NCBI GenBank assembly: GCA_041662245.1
Contig: JBAZSW010000004.1
Span: 75,454 to 139,453 of the forward strand
DNA length: 64,000 nucleotides
Reading direction: 5' to 3'
From: Parcubacteria group bacterium
Lineage (GTDB): Bacteria; Patescibacteriota; Minisyncoccia; Moranbacterales; UBA9337
Shown: positions 18,679 to 30,017 of the stretch, piece by piece
Numbering within the stretch: position 1 is the first letter of the stretch
Layout: the number at the start of each line of letters is the position of its first letter
Translations under genes and position numbers: made by a program
The notes under the pieces: generated by a model
Database searches by the model: none
The model's input: the letters and a program-made list of their open reading frames with translations, nothing else
Told to the model about the DNA's origin: nothing

Positions 18679-20145
18679 TCATTTAATAAAATATAAAATG
18701 CCACAACCCAAGATAGCCCCTATTATAAAAACAACCGCTAACCAGCCAAAAACCTTTACCCATATTGGATTTGTTTCTCGACCCATTATTTTTTTATCAT
18801 CCCCCACTATCATTATTGAAATCAGTAGAGGCAAAGAAATTATTCCATTTAAGAAAGCAGCATAATAGAGAGCAGTAATTGGATTAACATGAAAAAAGTT
18901 CAAGGATAATCCCACTAAAATCGAAAAAACTATTACTAAATAAAATCCCTTAGCTCGAGAAAATTTATTATCTAATCCTTCCCTCCATTTCATCACTTCG
19001 GCCAAAGCATAAGCACCACTACCAGCCAATATTGGCACAGCCAAAAGTCCTGTCCCAATTATTCCAAAAGCGAATAATAAATAGGCATGCTCTCCAGCTA
19101 ACGGTCGCAAAGCCTCAGCGGCTTGTTGAGCAGATTGAATATCCGTAACCCCATTTTTAAATAAAACCTGAGCTGTGGTTAAAACTATAAAAAAGAATAC
19201 AATATTGGCTAAAATCATTCCTGTTCCCACATCTGTTCTCATTTTAACGATTCTCCCATGTCTATTATCGCTTTTCTGATTCATTAATTTACGAATTTTC
19301 TTATGAAATTTGTTTTCTTCCACTTCGCCGGAAGTTTGCCAAAAAAATAAATAAGGAGTAATACTGGTCCCAAAAACAGCCACTATCGCAAAAAGATATT
19401 CTTGGCTGAATATAAATTTAGGAATAAAAGCAAAACTAACAATTTCTTTCCAATCAGGGTTGATTATTATTCCCGTTACAACATAAGCCAAAACAGAAAA
19501 GGCTAACCATTTCAAGATTTTTACGTAAACATGATAGCCAATAAAAATTTCCAAGACAATGCTCAAAAGCGCAAACATAATTGCTCCTGCATAAAAATTT
19601 ATATCAGTAAGCATCTGAAGTGAAGCTGCCATAGCTCCTAAATCAGCGCCAATGTTTACCACGTTAGCAATAATTAACAAGGTAACTATTGAAATTACTA
19701 TCTTCCTTTTATAATGTTTTTGCAAAACTCCTGTTAATCCCTTATTTGTTACAATTCCAATTCGAGCACAAACTTCTTGAATCGCCATCATCATCGGCAG
19801 TAGCCAAGCTGCCATCCAGATAATACCTAAGCCAAATTTAGCTCCTACTGATGAATATGTTCCTATTCCGCTTGGATCATCATCCGACGCACCGGTGATA
19901 AATCCAGGACCCAAAGCTCGAAAAAAATAATAAGCTTTAATCCATGGTTTTTCAATAAGCTTTATTGCCCTCGAAACTTCTGATTCAGCTATTAAAATTA
20001 TTCCCTCGTCATTGCTTACTGATTTAACCTCTTTCCAAGAAATTAACTTTTTCGCCAAAATTAAGGGGATGCCCGCCTTGTGACGGAACTCAGAAAGAGT
20101 AAATAATTTTTCACCAAAAACCTTGCTACTTTTTCTATTCTCCAT
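18679..20145 (-). CDS. NRAMP-family divalent metal transporter with N-terminal extension
   Basis: LGPGFITGASDDDPSGIGTYS, GTSITPYLFFWQ, about 11 TM segments. Confidence 0.9.
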   Translation of the reverse strand: MENRKSSKVFGEKLFTLSEFRHKAGIPLILAKKLISWKEVKSVSNDEGIILIAESEVSRAIKLIEKPWIKAYYFFRALGPGFITGASDDDPSGIGTYSSVGAKFGLGIIWMAAWLLPMMMAIQEVCARIGIVTNKGLTGVLQKHYKRKIVISIVTLLIIANVVNIGADLGAMAASLQMLTDINFYAGAIMFALLSIVLEIFIGYHVYVKILKWLAFSVLAYVVTGIIINPDWKEIVSFAFIPKFIFSQEYLFAIVAVFGTSITPYLFFWQTSGEVEENKFHKKIRKLMNQKSDNRHGRIVKMRTDVGTGMILANIVFFFIVLTTAQVLFKNGVTDIQSAQQAAEALRPLAGEHAYLLFAFGIIGTGLLAVPILAGSGAYALAEVMKWREGLDNKFSRAKGFYLVIVFSILVGLSLNFFHVNPITALYYAAFLNGIISLPLLISIMIVGDDKKIMGRETNPIWVKVFGWLAVVFIIGAILGCGILYFIK

Positions 20146-20185
20146 TTTTTTATTTTTTTACCTCCGCCGAGTGACGGATAGCGCA

Positions 20186-21121
20186 TTAAATTTTTAATTC
20201 CGCTAATTTATTTTTAAACTTTTCAAAAATTCTAGGACCTTGAGGATTGGGAAGAAAAATTAGAGCTTCTTTGCTTATATCAATCAAGCTATCCGGATTA
20301 TCAGTTTTAGGATTTTCTTTAATCTTTTGAGTTTCTATTTTTTCTAGATATTTTTCCAGACAGTCATAATCAAATAAATTTTCCAATAAAACTCTAAAAA
20401 AATTAGTAATTTTATTGTCCCCTGATGAAAATAAATTTCCCTTAGAGGCTAAATAATAGTTAGGTTTGTACTTCCTAATCCAATGATTTCTTATCTGAAA
20501 TCTATGAAAATAATTTTTTCTGTCAAAAAGAGGAAAGCAAAAAAAATATTCGTTGGCTGAATAAAAATCTTTATTTCTAATTTCGAGAGAATTTGTAGTA
20601 ATAAAATAATTAAAGCAAACTCTATTCCTTATTTTATCATGATGCCTTCTTTTCCCCAAAAAATGGGTCCATATAGTTATGAAAGTTCTTCCTATCCAAA
20701 TCCTATTTTCTCTTAAAACAACCAACACATCCCAGTCACTCTTAGGATGAGCATTTTTCATCGCTAGTTTGCCTGTAACTAAGACCATTCTCACAAAAGG
20801 AGATATTTTTAGCAAATTGATTGTTCGACGCATCTTCTTTATCTTAAGTGTCGAAATTTTATTTTTAGCTATTCTCTCCTCTATCAAATCTCTTCTTCCT
20901 TTCAAAAAATACATCCCGTTTTCACTATCAATAAACCGACTTAATTCGTCTTCTTTTAACTCATCTAAAATATCCGCCAGAGAAACCTTTTCAATTTTAT
21001 TATTGAATGTCTCTTCCGTAGAAAGAAGATGCTTCCAAATTTCAAAAAGAGTTAAGGGATAATTCAGAATATCATAATAACAAATAGTATTTAGAATGCT
21101 TTTTCTCAGATTATCATTCAT
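20186..21121 (-). CDS. Nucleotidyltransferase-fold protein
   Basis: VLVTGKLAM...SDWDVLVV resembles the pol-beta-family hG[S]x9-13DhD motif. Confidence 0.6.
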   Translation of the reverse strand: MNDNLRKSILNTICYYDILNYPLTLFEIWKHLLSTEETFNNKIEKVSLADILDELKEDELSRFIDSENGMYFLKGRRDLIEERIAKNKISTLKIKKMRRTINLLKISPFVRMVLVTGKLAMKNAHPKSDWDVLVVLRENRIWIGRTFITIWTHFLGKRRHHDKIRNRVCFNYFITTNSLEIRNKDFYSANEYFFCFPLFDRKNYFHRFQIRNHWIRKYKPNYYLASKGNLFSSGDNKITNFFRVLLENLFDYDCLEKYLEKIETQKIKENPKTDNPDSLIDISKEALIFLPNPQGPRIFEKFKNKLAELKI

Positions 21122-21210
21122 ATAATTATTTATGTATCAGAATATTAAAGGATTTATTTATTTTTTATAATTTTGTGCAAATTTAAACAGAAAAATAATG
21201 CATAAAATAA

Positions 21211-24009
21211 CTAAAGAAACTTTCCCGTAGGACTATCCTTTTTATTTTTTAATTTATCAGGGAAACCTTCAAAAATTATTCTACCGCCATCTTTTCCTCC
21301 ATCCGGCCCCAATTCTATTACCCAATCGGCCCCCTTAATAACATCTGTATTGTGTTCCACTATTAAAACAGAATTTCCTCTTTCTACTAAGGCATCACAA
21401 ACACCCAATAATTTTCGAATATCATCGAAATGCAATCCCACCGTAGGTTCATCCAAAATATACAATGTTTTACCTGTTGATTTTCTAGCTAACTCCGTGG
21501 CCAATTTAATTCTCTGTGCTTCTCCACCCGAAAGCTCCACTGCACTTTGCCCTAATTTTAAATAACCCAAACCAACATCTTCCATGATTTTTAGTTTTTC
21601 ATAAATCAAATTATGTTTTTTAAAAAACTTCAAGGCGTAGCTAACGCTCATTTCAAGCACTTCTGAAATATTAGCTCCCTGATATTCAATATCTAAAGTC
21701 TTTTTGTTATAACGAGTCCCTTCACAAGATTCACATTCCACATACATATCAGGCAAAAGATGCATTTCTATTTTTTTCTTTCCATCTCCTTGGCAAATCT
21801 CACAACGACCACCCTTCATATTAAAACTAAATCGACTTGCGTTATATTTTCTATTTTGTGCTTCTTCCGTTAAGGCAAACAATTCTCGAATATGAGAAAA
21901 AACTCCTGTATAAGTAGCCGCATTAGATCTAGGTGTTTTTCCGATTGGAGCTTGCGTAACGTTCACTACTTTATTAATATTTTTTAATCCTTTTATTGAT
22001 TCGTACTCTCCAGGATGAGCCTTGGTATTATAAAAATGTTTATTAAGCACTCGTGCTAAAATATCATTTACCAAAGTAGACTTACCACTTCCTGAAACAC
22101 CACAAATTACTACCATTCTTTCTAGGGGAATACTTATTGAAATATTTTTTAGATTATGCTCTTTGGCTCCAATAATTTCTATGAATTTATCAGATTTTTT
22201 TCTTTTTTCACTCCTCTGGAAAACTTTTTTCTTTCCTGTTAAATATTGAGCGGTTCCTGTATTACTCTTTAACATCTTTTCTACTTTTCCAGTAAAAATA
22301 ACCTCTCCGCCTTCTTCTCCAGCACCTTTCCCCATATCAATCACCCAATCTGATTCTTTAATAAAATCCCTATCGTGTTCCACTACAATTAATGAGTTAT
22401 CTCTATCCCTTAAAGATTTTATTGTATTAATTAATCTTTTATTATCTCGACTATGCAAACCGATTGAAGGTTCATCTAAAACATAAATTATGCCAGTTAA
22501 TTTTGATTTTATTTGAGTAGCCAATCTAATTCGTTGCGCCTCTCCTCCTGAAATGGTCTGCGTTCCTCGAGATAAACTAAGATAACCCAAGCCTACATTT
22601 TCCAATATTTCTAATCGACTGAATATTTCATCTATTAATGCACTCGCCACCTTACCATTAGCCTTATTATTTTTAAAACATTTCAAATATTCTAACAATG
22701 ATTCAATGTCCATATTAACCCAATCATCAATTGATTTTCCGTCAATAAAAATATTTACAAATTCACTTCGCAATCTTTTTCCATCACAAACAGGACAAGT
22801 TTCACTCACCATATATTTTTCGATTTCTTTTCGAGCGTGATCTGATTTAGTGTTCTTGTATTTTTCCTCCATGATTCCGATCACTCCATCAAATTCAGAA
22901 TCTCCCTCCCCATAAAGAATTATATCTAAATACTTTTTGGACAGTTTATTTACAGGAGTATGCAAAGAAAAACCAATTTTTTTGGATAATTTTTCTAACA
23001 TTTGCATCCCTTGTCCACTGCAACCATTTCGACCACCAATGCTCCCCCAAGGTTTTATAGCCCCTTCTGCTAAGGATAATTTTTTATTAGAGATAACTAA
23101 TTCTGCAGAAATTTTCATTTTTACCCCTAAACCAGAACATTCCAAGCAGGCTCCCTCGGGATTATTAAAAGAAAAATGACGTGGCGTTATTTCTTTTATT
23201 TTTACTCCACAATCCCCACAAACAAAATCTCGATTATAAGCAAAAATATTTTTGTTATCTATCATTATCTTCATTGAGCCCGATCCCGCTTTCATAGCTG
23301 TTTCAATTGAGTCCACAATTCTTTCTTCATCCAAATTTTTAGCATCCAACGCCATTCTATCTATTACAATATCTATTTCTGAAAAAATTTCTTTTTCTTT
23401 TATTAGAGTAAAGGCTTCATTAACCGTTAATATTTTTTCGTTAATTCTTACTCTGGCGTAACCTAGTTGGCTGATATGATTTAAATTCTCTATAATATTT
23501 TTATCTTTTTTAGTATAAGGAGCCAAAATCGCCAGCATTGTTTTATTAGGCATTTTTTTAACTTCATCTAAAATATCCTTATTGCTTCTTTTTTCCATTC
23601 GAACACCACAAATCGGGCAATGCGGCTCTCCCACATTGGCAAATAAAATTCTCAAATAATCATATATCTCAGTTAAAGTCCCCACTGTCGAACGCGGACT
23701 GCGAACGACACTTTTTTGATCAATAGAAATAGGCGGACTGAGATTTTCAATGGAATCCACATCTGGTTTAGAAGAAACATCCAAAAAACTTCTAGCATAA
23801 GAGCTCATCCCTTCCACATAGCGTCGATTTCCTTCTACGAAAATAGTATCAAAAGCTAAAGAAGACTTTCCACTTCCAGAAAGTCCCGTTACTACTACAA
23901 ACTTATTTTTAGGTATGTCAACATCAATATTTTTTAAATTATTTACTCTCGCACCCCTAACTAAAATAAAATCTCTTTTGTTTTTCTCCTTTATTTTTTT
24001 GCTTTTCAT
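21211..24009 (-). CDS. uvrA: Excinuclease ABC subunit A
   Basis: Two ABC cassettes ([30 protein letters not shown] x2) and CxxC zinc fingers. Confidence 0.98.
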   Translation of the reverse strand: MKSKKIKEKNKRDFILVRGARVNNLKNIDVDIPKNKFVVVTGLSGSGKSSLAFDTIFVEGNRRYVEGMSSYARSFLDVSSKPDVDSIENLSPPISIDQKSVVRSPRSTVGTLTEIYDYLRILFANVGEPHCPICGVRMEKRSNKDILDEVKKMPNKTMLAILAPYTKKDKNIIENLNHISQLGYARVRINEKILTVNEAFTLIKEKEIFSEIDIVIDRMALDAKNLDEERIVDSIETAMKAGSGSMKIMIDNKNIFAYNRDFVCGDCGVKIKEITPRHFSFNNPEGACLECSGLGVKMKISAELVISNKKLSLAEGAIKPWGSIGGRNGCSGQGMQMLEKLSKKIGFSLHTPVNKLSKKYLDIILYGEGDSEFDGVIGIMEEKYKNTKSDHARKEIEKYMVSETCPVCDGKRLRSEFVNIFIDGKSIDDWVNMDIESLLEYLKCFKNNKANGKVASALIDEIFSRLEILENVGLGYLSLSRGTQTISGGEAQRIRLATQIKSKLTGIIYVLDEPSIGLHSRDNKRLINTIKSLRDRDNSLIVVEHDRDFIKESDWVIDMGKGAGEEGGEVIFTGKVEKMLKSNTGTAQYLTGKKKVFQRSEKRKKSDKFIEIIGAKEHNLKNISISIPLERMVVICGVSGSGKSTLVNDILARVLNKHFYNTKAHPGEYESIKGLKNINKVVNVTQAPIGKTPRSNAATYTGVFSHIRELFALTEEAQNRKYNASRFSFNMKGGRCEICQGDGKKKIEMHLLPDMYVECESCEGTRYNKKTLDIEYQGANISEVLEMSVSYALKFFKKHNLIYEKLKIMEDVGLGYLKLGQSAVELSGGEAQRIKLATELARKSTGKTLYILDEPTVGLHFDDIRKLLGVCDALVERGNSVLIVEHNTDVIKGADWVIELGPDGGKDGGRIIFEGFPDKLKNKKDSPTGKFL

Positions 24010-24111
24010 TATATTAAGTTAAAGTTTAAAAGCTCCATCTAATTAAAAATTTTAGCATAGATTTTAAACGGTGTAAATAACCACAGAAACCCAATTTGAA
24101 AACCAAATTTG

Positions 24112-25227
24112 TTATTTAAAACTTATTACCACAATCTCTGGTCGACCTGAAGTTCGCATCGCTGGTCCCCAAGTACCCACCCCCACAGAAGTATAAATAG
24201 AAAAATCATTCTCTTTGGAAAATCCATAATGATATTTTCCATAGATAAGTTGTGTGATAAATTGGAAGGGAAATAATTGTCCTTTGTGGGTGTGTCCTGC
24301 TAATTGCAAATCAATCCCAATTTTTTTAGCTTCTCTAGCTACAGAAGGACTATGATAGAGAAGAATGCTAGGCTGCTGAGGATTAAAATCTCTTATTTCT
24401 TTTATTATTTTTTTAATATTCTCTTCTTCTCCTCGTTGAGGATAACTCACACCCAAAATTTGCATTCCACTCACATTAATCATTTCATTATTTAAAACCC
24501 TTACTGGAGTTTTTTCAAGAATAGCTACAGTTTTATCTACTCCCAAATAAGTTTCGTGGTTTCCTGTAACAAAATAAACTCCCCCTGATGCCCCAAGATC
24601 GCTCAGTGGTCCCACTAATGCATCTAGCGATCCATCCATTCCATCAAACAAATCCCCTGTAATAAAAACTACGTCTGGATTTTGGATATTGGTTTTACTA
24701 ACTATTTTTGAAAGAAAGTTTTTTCCATAAATATGCCCCAAATGAATATCGGATAATTGCACTACTTTTTTATTTTCCCATTCTTGGGGCAAATTTTTAA
24801 TTTTTACAGTTATATTCTTTATTTTAGGATTAAAAGCGCACCAAACACCATAACTTGAATAAACTAAAGCTAAAATTATAGAAAAAATAGCTAAATATTT
24901 ATAATTAAAATTAAAACTAAAAAATTTAAAAAAACCAACAGTTATCCACAACAACATAAAAGCCATCAAAATATTCCAACCTACTGCTAGCCACAACCCT
25001 GAAATAAAATATATCACTCTAGTAAAGATATTTTCCCCATAATGCGCTAAAATTGAGGAAACTACATAGCTAATGCCCAATGCAAATAATCCAAGAGCTA
25101 ATCCTATTTTGATGTTAGCTGATTCTATAGATAGAAATTTAACCAAAGAGAAATAAATAAAAAAATGTCCCCCAAATAAGATAGCGATAAAAATAAACAA
25201 CATGATAATAACCCCCCAAATATTCAT
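24112..25227 (-). CDS. Membrane-bound metallophosphoesterase
   Basis: SDIHLG, TGDLFD, GNHE, AGHTHKGQ; four N-terminal TM segments. Confidence 0.92.
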   Translation of the reverse strand: MNIWGVIIMLFIFIAILFGGHFFIYFSLVKFLSIESANIKIGLALGLFALGISYVVSSILAHYGENIFTRVIYFISGLWLAVGWNILMAFMLLWITVGFFKFFSFNFNYKYLAIFSIILALVYSSYGVWCAFNPKIKNITVKIKNLPQEWENKKVVQLSDIHLGHIYGKNFLSKIVSKTNIQNPDVVFITGDLFDGMDGSLDALVGPLSDLGASGGVYFVTGNHETYLGVDKTVAILEKTPVRVLNNEMINVSGMQILGVSYPQRGEEENIKKIIKEIRDFNPQQPSILLYHSPSVAREAKKIGIDLQLAGHTHKGQLFPFQFITQLIYGKYHYGFSKENDFSIYTSVGVGTWGPAMRTSGRPEIVVISFK

Positions 25228-25370
25228 AGCAAAAAATTAATTATTCTTATTAATGTTACTCATTACATCTTAACTCTTTTCTCTTCTTCTGCCAATTAAA
25301 TCATGCTACCAAATATACTTCCAAGATTTAAAATCCCAATATTAAGCCCTAAATATGGCTCTTTGTCTAG

Positions 25371-25399
25371 TTGACTACCCTCAGCTATTAAATTAAAAT
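25371..25399 (+). promoter_or_regulatory. Sigma70 promoter
   Basis: TTGACT-17 bp-TAAAAT. Confidence 0.7.
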
Positions 25400-25555
25400 A
25401 AAGAAACCAAGAGATTAAGTGGGCTTTTATGCCCCAGGTCGATTGTTGGTTTTAGGTTTTTTATAAGAGTCTAAAACTAAATTAAAAAGCTTCAATGTAA
25501 GCTGTACTTTAAAAAAATAATTATTGTTCGCAAGAACAATAAACTAGAAAGGTAG

Positions 25556-26236
25556 GTGAAAAAAATGAATAATGATTTCAATAATGATGAAATAGATGAA
25601 ACCGAAGAACCAACTGCTTTGCAAAAAGCTAAAGAGTGGGCTCAAGAAAATCTTCGAATCATAGTCAGTGTTTTAATAGTTTTCTTAATTGCTTCATCCA
25701 TATATTCTTATTCCAAAAGAGGATCTGAAAATAAAGATACCACTAAAGATAGCAGTGAAATAGAAAATATTTTAACTGATTTGTCTTCAGAAGATACTTC
25801 AAGTGACTCAACTGAAGTTACTCCGCCAACTGAAACTGAAAATAACGAAGTAGCCACTTCTCCTGATACTAAAACTGCAGATACGCCTGTAAAAGTAGAA
25901 GAAAAGAAAGCAATAAGCGCACCGACAGCTGAATCAAAAGAAACAGAAAATTCTTTTGTCGAGGTAGCTCAAAAAGGAAATGGGACAACTCATTTAGCCC
26001 GAAGAGCTCTAGCTCATTATTTAGAAAAAAATCCTGATTCTAATCTTACTGCTGAACATAAAATTTACATCGAAGATTATCTACGTAAAAATGTATCCCC
26101 AACGGGACATATGGTAGTTGGTAACTCGGTTGAATTTTCTAAAGACTTAATAAAAAAAGCAATTGAATCTTCCAAAGGTCTAAATGATGCTCAGCTAAAA
26201 AACTTACAAAAATACTCAGCTCACGTAAATTTCTAG
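25556..26236 (+). CDS. Single-TM protein with S/T/E/P-rich linker and C-terminal globular domain
   Basis: ORF between a promoter and a terminator; start may be ATG 25565. Confidence 0.75.
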   Translation: MKKMNNDFNNDEIDETEEPTALQKAKEWAQENLRIIVSVLIVFLIASSIYSYSKRGSENKDTTKDSSEIENILTDLSSEDTSSDSTEVTPPTETENNEVATSPDTKTADTPVKVEEKKAISAPTAESKETENSFVEVAQKGNGTTHLARRALAHYLEKNPDSNLTAEHKIYIEDYLRKNVSPTGHMVVGNSVEFSKDLIKKAIESSKGLNDAQLKNLQKYSAHVNF

Positions 26237-26286
26237 AATTTTCGGAAAGACTGAAAAATAACTATAGAACACAAGAACTTTAAATA

Positions 26287-26318
26287 ATTAAAACCCCGGC
26301 AACGACTGGGGTTTTAAT
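26287..26318. terminator. Bidirectional terminator
   Basis: attaaaaccccgg...ctggggttttaat between convergent genes. Confidence 0.7.
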
Positions 26319-26327
26319 ATTGGAAAA

Positions 26328-27437
26328 TTATTTTCTTTGCATATAATGTAATCTTTTTTCTTTGGATAATTTTTCGATTGAATAGCGGAGCATCGTACGA
26401 GGCATACATGACGAATATTTGTCCAAAAATTTTAATAGTTCTGGCAACTCTCGCTTACCCATTTCTCTAAGCATCCAACCGGTGGCTTTATGAATCAAGT
26501 CTTCCTTGTCTTGCAATAAAATTTCCGCTATTTTCAAGGTGTCTCTAAAATCTTTATTTTTCAAAAAATAAAAAGTAGCTAAAATTGCAGATCTTCTTTT
26601 CCAAAGATTTTTTGATTTAGCCAAGTCATATAAAAGTCCTCTGTCCCTTTCACTTTCCCAGAGATATCTGCCCACGATATTAGGCACAGTTAAATCCACC
26701 AAATCCCAGTTATTGACGGCTTTTAAATTCTTAAAATAAAATTGATAGATTTTTTTCCGCAACTCCATATCTGCTTTTTCATACTGGTAAGTTAAAATCA
26801 AGAGACCAATCATTCTAAAATCATGATATTCGCTTTTCAACATTTGTTCAATTTCAATAAAATCAAGCTCTATGAATTTTTTAGCAATTTTTCTTTGAAT
26901 CGGCATCATCAATCCCAAAAATTTATCTCCTTCTCCATATTGACCCTTTTTAGTCTTAAAAAATCTCGATAAAACCACAGCCTTTTCTTTGCTTCTGTTT
27001 TTGTTTATTTCCTTAGCAATATTAATAAATTTCATATTTTTTAATTTCGATGATTTATAAATCTCTGGTTTATATGAATTTAATTTGATAATTTTTGTTT
27101 TTTCTAAATTAATTCTTCCTAATTCCTTCTTTAGATTATCAACAAAAAACTTCTGATCATATCCCAAACAAATAATTTGAGGGCGATATTTTTTGATAAC
27201 AAGATATTTGTCTGTTAAACTTCCCAACAATAGTTTATCCACTAAGTTATTTTTTTTAATTTCTGCTAAACGTTTTTTCTCATTATTTAAAGGATATCTT
27301 CCCTTAACTTTCTTTACAGTTGCATCTCGCGCCACTACTACAATTAAGTATTCCCCGTATTTTTTGGCTTGTTTTAAAAAATTAAGATGACCTTTATGGA
27401 AAATATCAAAAGTTCCAAAAACCATTACAATTTTCAT
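26328..27437 (-). CDS. Fusion: cytidylyltransferase-family (FAD synthase RibL-like) domain + AlkD-like DNA alkylation repair domain
   Basis: N-term FGTFDIFHKGH, VVARD, LGYDQ; C-term GQYGEGDKFLG, NNWDLVD, DLIHKATGWMLRE, MPRTMLRYSIE. Confidence 0.85.
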   Translation of the reverse strand: MKIVMVFGTFDIFHKGHLNFLKQAKKYGEYLIVVVARDATVKKVKGRYPLNNEKKRLAEIKKNNLVDKLLLGSLTDKYLVIKKYRPQIICLGYDQKFFVDNLKKELGRINLEKTKIIKLNSYKPEIYKSSKLKNMKFINIAKEINKNRSKEKAVVLSRFFKTKKGQYGEGDKFLGLMMPIQRKIAKKFIELDFIEIEQMLKSEYHDFRMIGLLILTYQYEKADMELRKKIYQFYFKNLKAVNNWDLVDLTVPNIVGRYLWESERDRGLLYDLAKSKNLWKRRSAILATFYFLKNKDFRDTLKIAEILLQDKEDLIHKATGWMLREMGKRELPELLKFLDKYSSCMPRTMLRYSIEKLSKEKRLHYMQRK

Positions 27438-27528
27438 ATATTTTTATAAAATTAAAAAGGTAACCCATTTAGACTAGCTACCCTTTTAAAATTCTAAATC
27501 TTTTTTTGCAATATAATTTTAAATTTAT

Positions 27529-29145
27529 TTAACGACCTCTGCGTGCAATTATTTCTTCCCCAATCGGTAGCTCTACGATAAAAGTTGAACCTTTTTCTAC
27601 CCCAGCCGACTCTGCCCAAATTTTTCCACCATGCGCCTCTACAATTTTTCGTCCCACATAAATTCCTAACCCAATTCCCCCTGCCGCCAGTTGATCAGCG
27701 TTACTCCCTCTGGAAAACTTTTTGAATAAGCCACCTATCTCACTTTTTGAAATTCCCATGCCAGTGTCAGACACTTCCACTCTTATGGTGGTATCCGTTT
27801 TTTTAACTCTTACTGTGATTGAGCCTTCCGCTGTGTACTTTATGGAGTTATCTATAAGATTAGATATGACCTCTCTAATTTTGTTAGAGTCCATTGTGAT
27901 ATTGGGAATTTTTTCACTTAATGCTTCTATCCTAAGCTGCAAACCTTTATCTTTAGCTTTAATTTCAAAAGTGCTCTTTAAGTCCTCAATTATTTTTTTA
28001 AAAGATTGATTGGGTTGAAAATCATATTGCATTTTTCCTGATTCTATTCTAGAAATATTTAAAATATCTTCAACTAGTTCAATTAATCTTTCATTAGAAG
28101 CGAAAGCTCGTGACAAAGAGTCTTTTGTTTCCGCATCTAAATTATTATTGGGATCTTCCTTGGCCAAAGCTAGATAGCCTTTTATGACTGTAGGAGGAGT
28201 TCTTAATTGATGAGCAGCAATCGATATAAATTCATTTTTAGCGTTATCCAATTCTCTTAGTTTTTTATTGCTATTTTCTAATTTTTTGCCCAATTTTTCC
28301 AATTCTTCTTTTTGAATAATATCTCTCCTATAATTTTTGATAAGAAGATTAGAAAATGCCAACAAAAAGATAAGTGTTATCAGGCGATAGACTACTCCAA
28401 TAACATTTTCCGAAAAAAACATTTCAATTATATTTATGGAAAGTATTATGCCTATCAGTATTTGAGCACAAAATATCTTTACATTTATTAACCGATCCTT
28501 TATCACCACATAAGCCACTAAGAAGGCATTCAGAAATATCGATACCACACCACTGTAAAGAAAATATTTCACTCCATAGAAAGCTGGCAAATTCAAAACC
28601 CCTAAAATTACAATCAAAGATGAAATTAGCAAAATATTCCTATTAACAAATTTAGTTTCTCTATTTCTGCTTTTTATTATCGAGTTTACCAGTTCTACAA
28701 TTCCTAAAATATAAAATCCAATATAAATAAAAATAAAATAGGAAACAAAAATTGCTCCACTTATTGAACTTGGATTGAATATTTCTAGATTATTGTGATA
28801 AAGATTAAGCGAATAAAAAAGGACAAACATAAATGAAATCAAATAGCCCAAAAAAACTATTAATTTTTTAGTTTTATTTAACAGAGTTATCACCCAATAA
28901 TAGTAAGTAACTGGAATCAAGACAAATCCCAAATTAAAAATACTTATCCAATAATCAGTATGAGCATAATAATCCATTTTTAACCAAGTGTAATAACCAA
29001 AACTCCACCAACCCAAAAAAAACAAAATCATTACCGAAATAAAATTAATTTTCTTTACCTCTTCAAATAAAAAAGTAATCATCAAAACCATAGTCAAAAT
29101 ACCCCCAATAAAATACACTGCCGATAACAATCTAGCTAATTCCAT
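27529..29145 (-). CDS. Sensor histidine kinase with multi-TM input domain
   Basis: AAHQLRTPP, NLIDNSIKY, DTGMGI, GIGLGIY. Confidence 0.93.
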   Translation of the reverse strand: MELARLLSAVYFIGGILTMVLMITFLFEEVKKINFISVMILFFLGWWSFGYYTWLKMDYYAHTDYWISIFNLGFVLIPVTYYYWVITLLNKTKKLIVFLGYLISFMFVLFYSLNLYHNNLEIFNPSSISGAIFVSYFIFIYIGFYILGIVELVNSIIKSRNRETKFVNRNILLISSLIVILGVLNLPAFYGVKYFLYSGVVSIFLNAFLVAYVVIKDRLINVKIFCAQILIGIILSINIIEMFFSENVIGVVYRLITLIFLLAFSNLLIKNYRRDIIQKEELEKLGKKLENSNKKLRELDNAKNEFISIAAHQLRTPPTVIKGYLALAKEDPNNNLDAETKDSLSRAFASNERLIELVEDILNISRIESGKMQYDFQPNQSFKKIIEDLKSTFEIKAKDKGLQLRIEALSEKIPNITMDSNKIREVISNLIDNSIKYTAEGSITVRVKKTDTTIRVEVSDTGMGISKSEIGGLFKKFSRGSNADQLAAGGIGLGIYVGRKIVEAHGGKIWAESAGVEKGSTFIVELPIGEEIIARRGR

Positions 29146-29213
29146 AAAAATATAATTAATAAAACTACTCTTATTATAACAAAAAATAATAATAATTCCA
29201 AAATATTTTAAAA

Positions 29214-29528
29214 TTATTTTTTAAATCCACCAGAGATCTTTATAACTGAATCAAAATTATCCTTATCATTGACTTTATTAAACCTTTCAAAACCACATTT
29301 ATCACATTTATGCAATAAAAAATATTTTCCTCCTTTTCTCAACTCCAACCCCACAGGCTTCATTAGACCACCACAAATTTCCAGTCTGTCTCCGGGATTT
29401 TTGTCTACATGCTTACTGCAAAGACATCGCGGACAATGATTGGTATACCCATCTCCCACCACCAAAAAACTGCAATTCTCACAAATGAAATCCTCCTTCT
29501 TTTTTTGAAATTTCTTAGCTAATAACAT
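29214..29528 (-). CDS. RNHCP-domain zinc-binding protein
   Basis: FICENC...YTNHCPRCLCSKHVD..PGDR...CGGLM. Confidence 0.85.
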   Translation of the reverse strand: MLLAKKFQKKKEDFICENCSFLVVGDGYTNHCPRCLCSKHVDKNPGDRLEICGGLMKPVGLELRKGGKYFLLHKCDKCGFERFNKVNDKDNFDSVIKISGGFKK

Positions 29529-29558
29529 TTTTAGTATATTTATGATTTGTAAACTCTA

Positions 29559-30011
29559 TTATTTTAGTTTATCTCCTATTTTTATTCCGCAACGATCAGC
29601 ATCATGGGCATTTAATTCCAAAACTTTATTAACTTTTTCCTTAGAAGAATAAACCTTTTTTGACTGTTGGTTTATATTTTTATTTATGTCAACAACTTTG
29701 TTATCCACCAACCAAACCATATCTATTGAAAAACGCATTCCCTTCATCCAAAAATAGTGCTTTTCTTTTTTATCAAACAAAAAAAGCATCCCGCAGTTTT
29801 GACAAAGAGAATCTCTGCCAGCTAAGCCTTTTTCTCTCAGCTCATCCGTTGCAACAGTTTCAATATTAATATTACAGTTTCCCAAAGAGATATTGTTACT
29901 TATCAAAACCTCTTCTCTCACTGTCATTTTTTTCCAATAGAAAATTCCCCCCGACAAAAGAATAATCAATATAAATAGCGCCCCTAGGATAATTTTATTT
30001 TTTTTCATCAT
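29559..30011 (-). CDS. DUF192-family protein
   Basis: GLAGR, GMLFLF, FWMKGM..IDMVW, VLELNA. Confidence 0.88.
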   Translation of the reverse strand: MMKKNKIILGALFILIILLSGGIFYWKKMTVREEVLISNNISLGNCNINIETVATDELREKGLAGRDSLCQNCGMLFLFDKKEKHYFWMKGMRFSIDMVWLVDNKVVDINKNINQQSKKVYSSKEKVNKVLELNAHDADRCGIKIGDKLK

Positions 30012-30017
30012 ATATTT

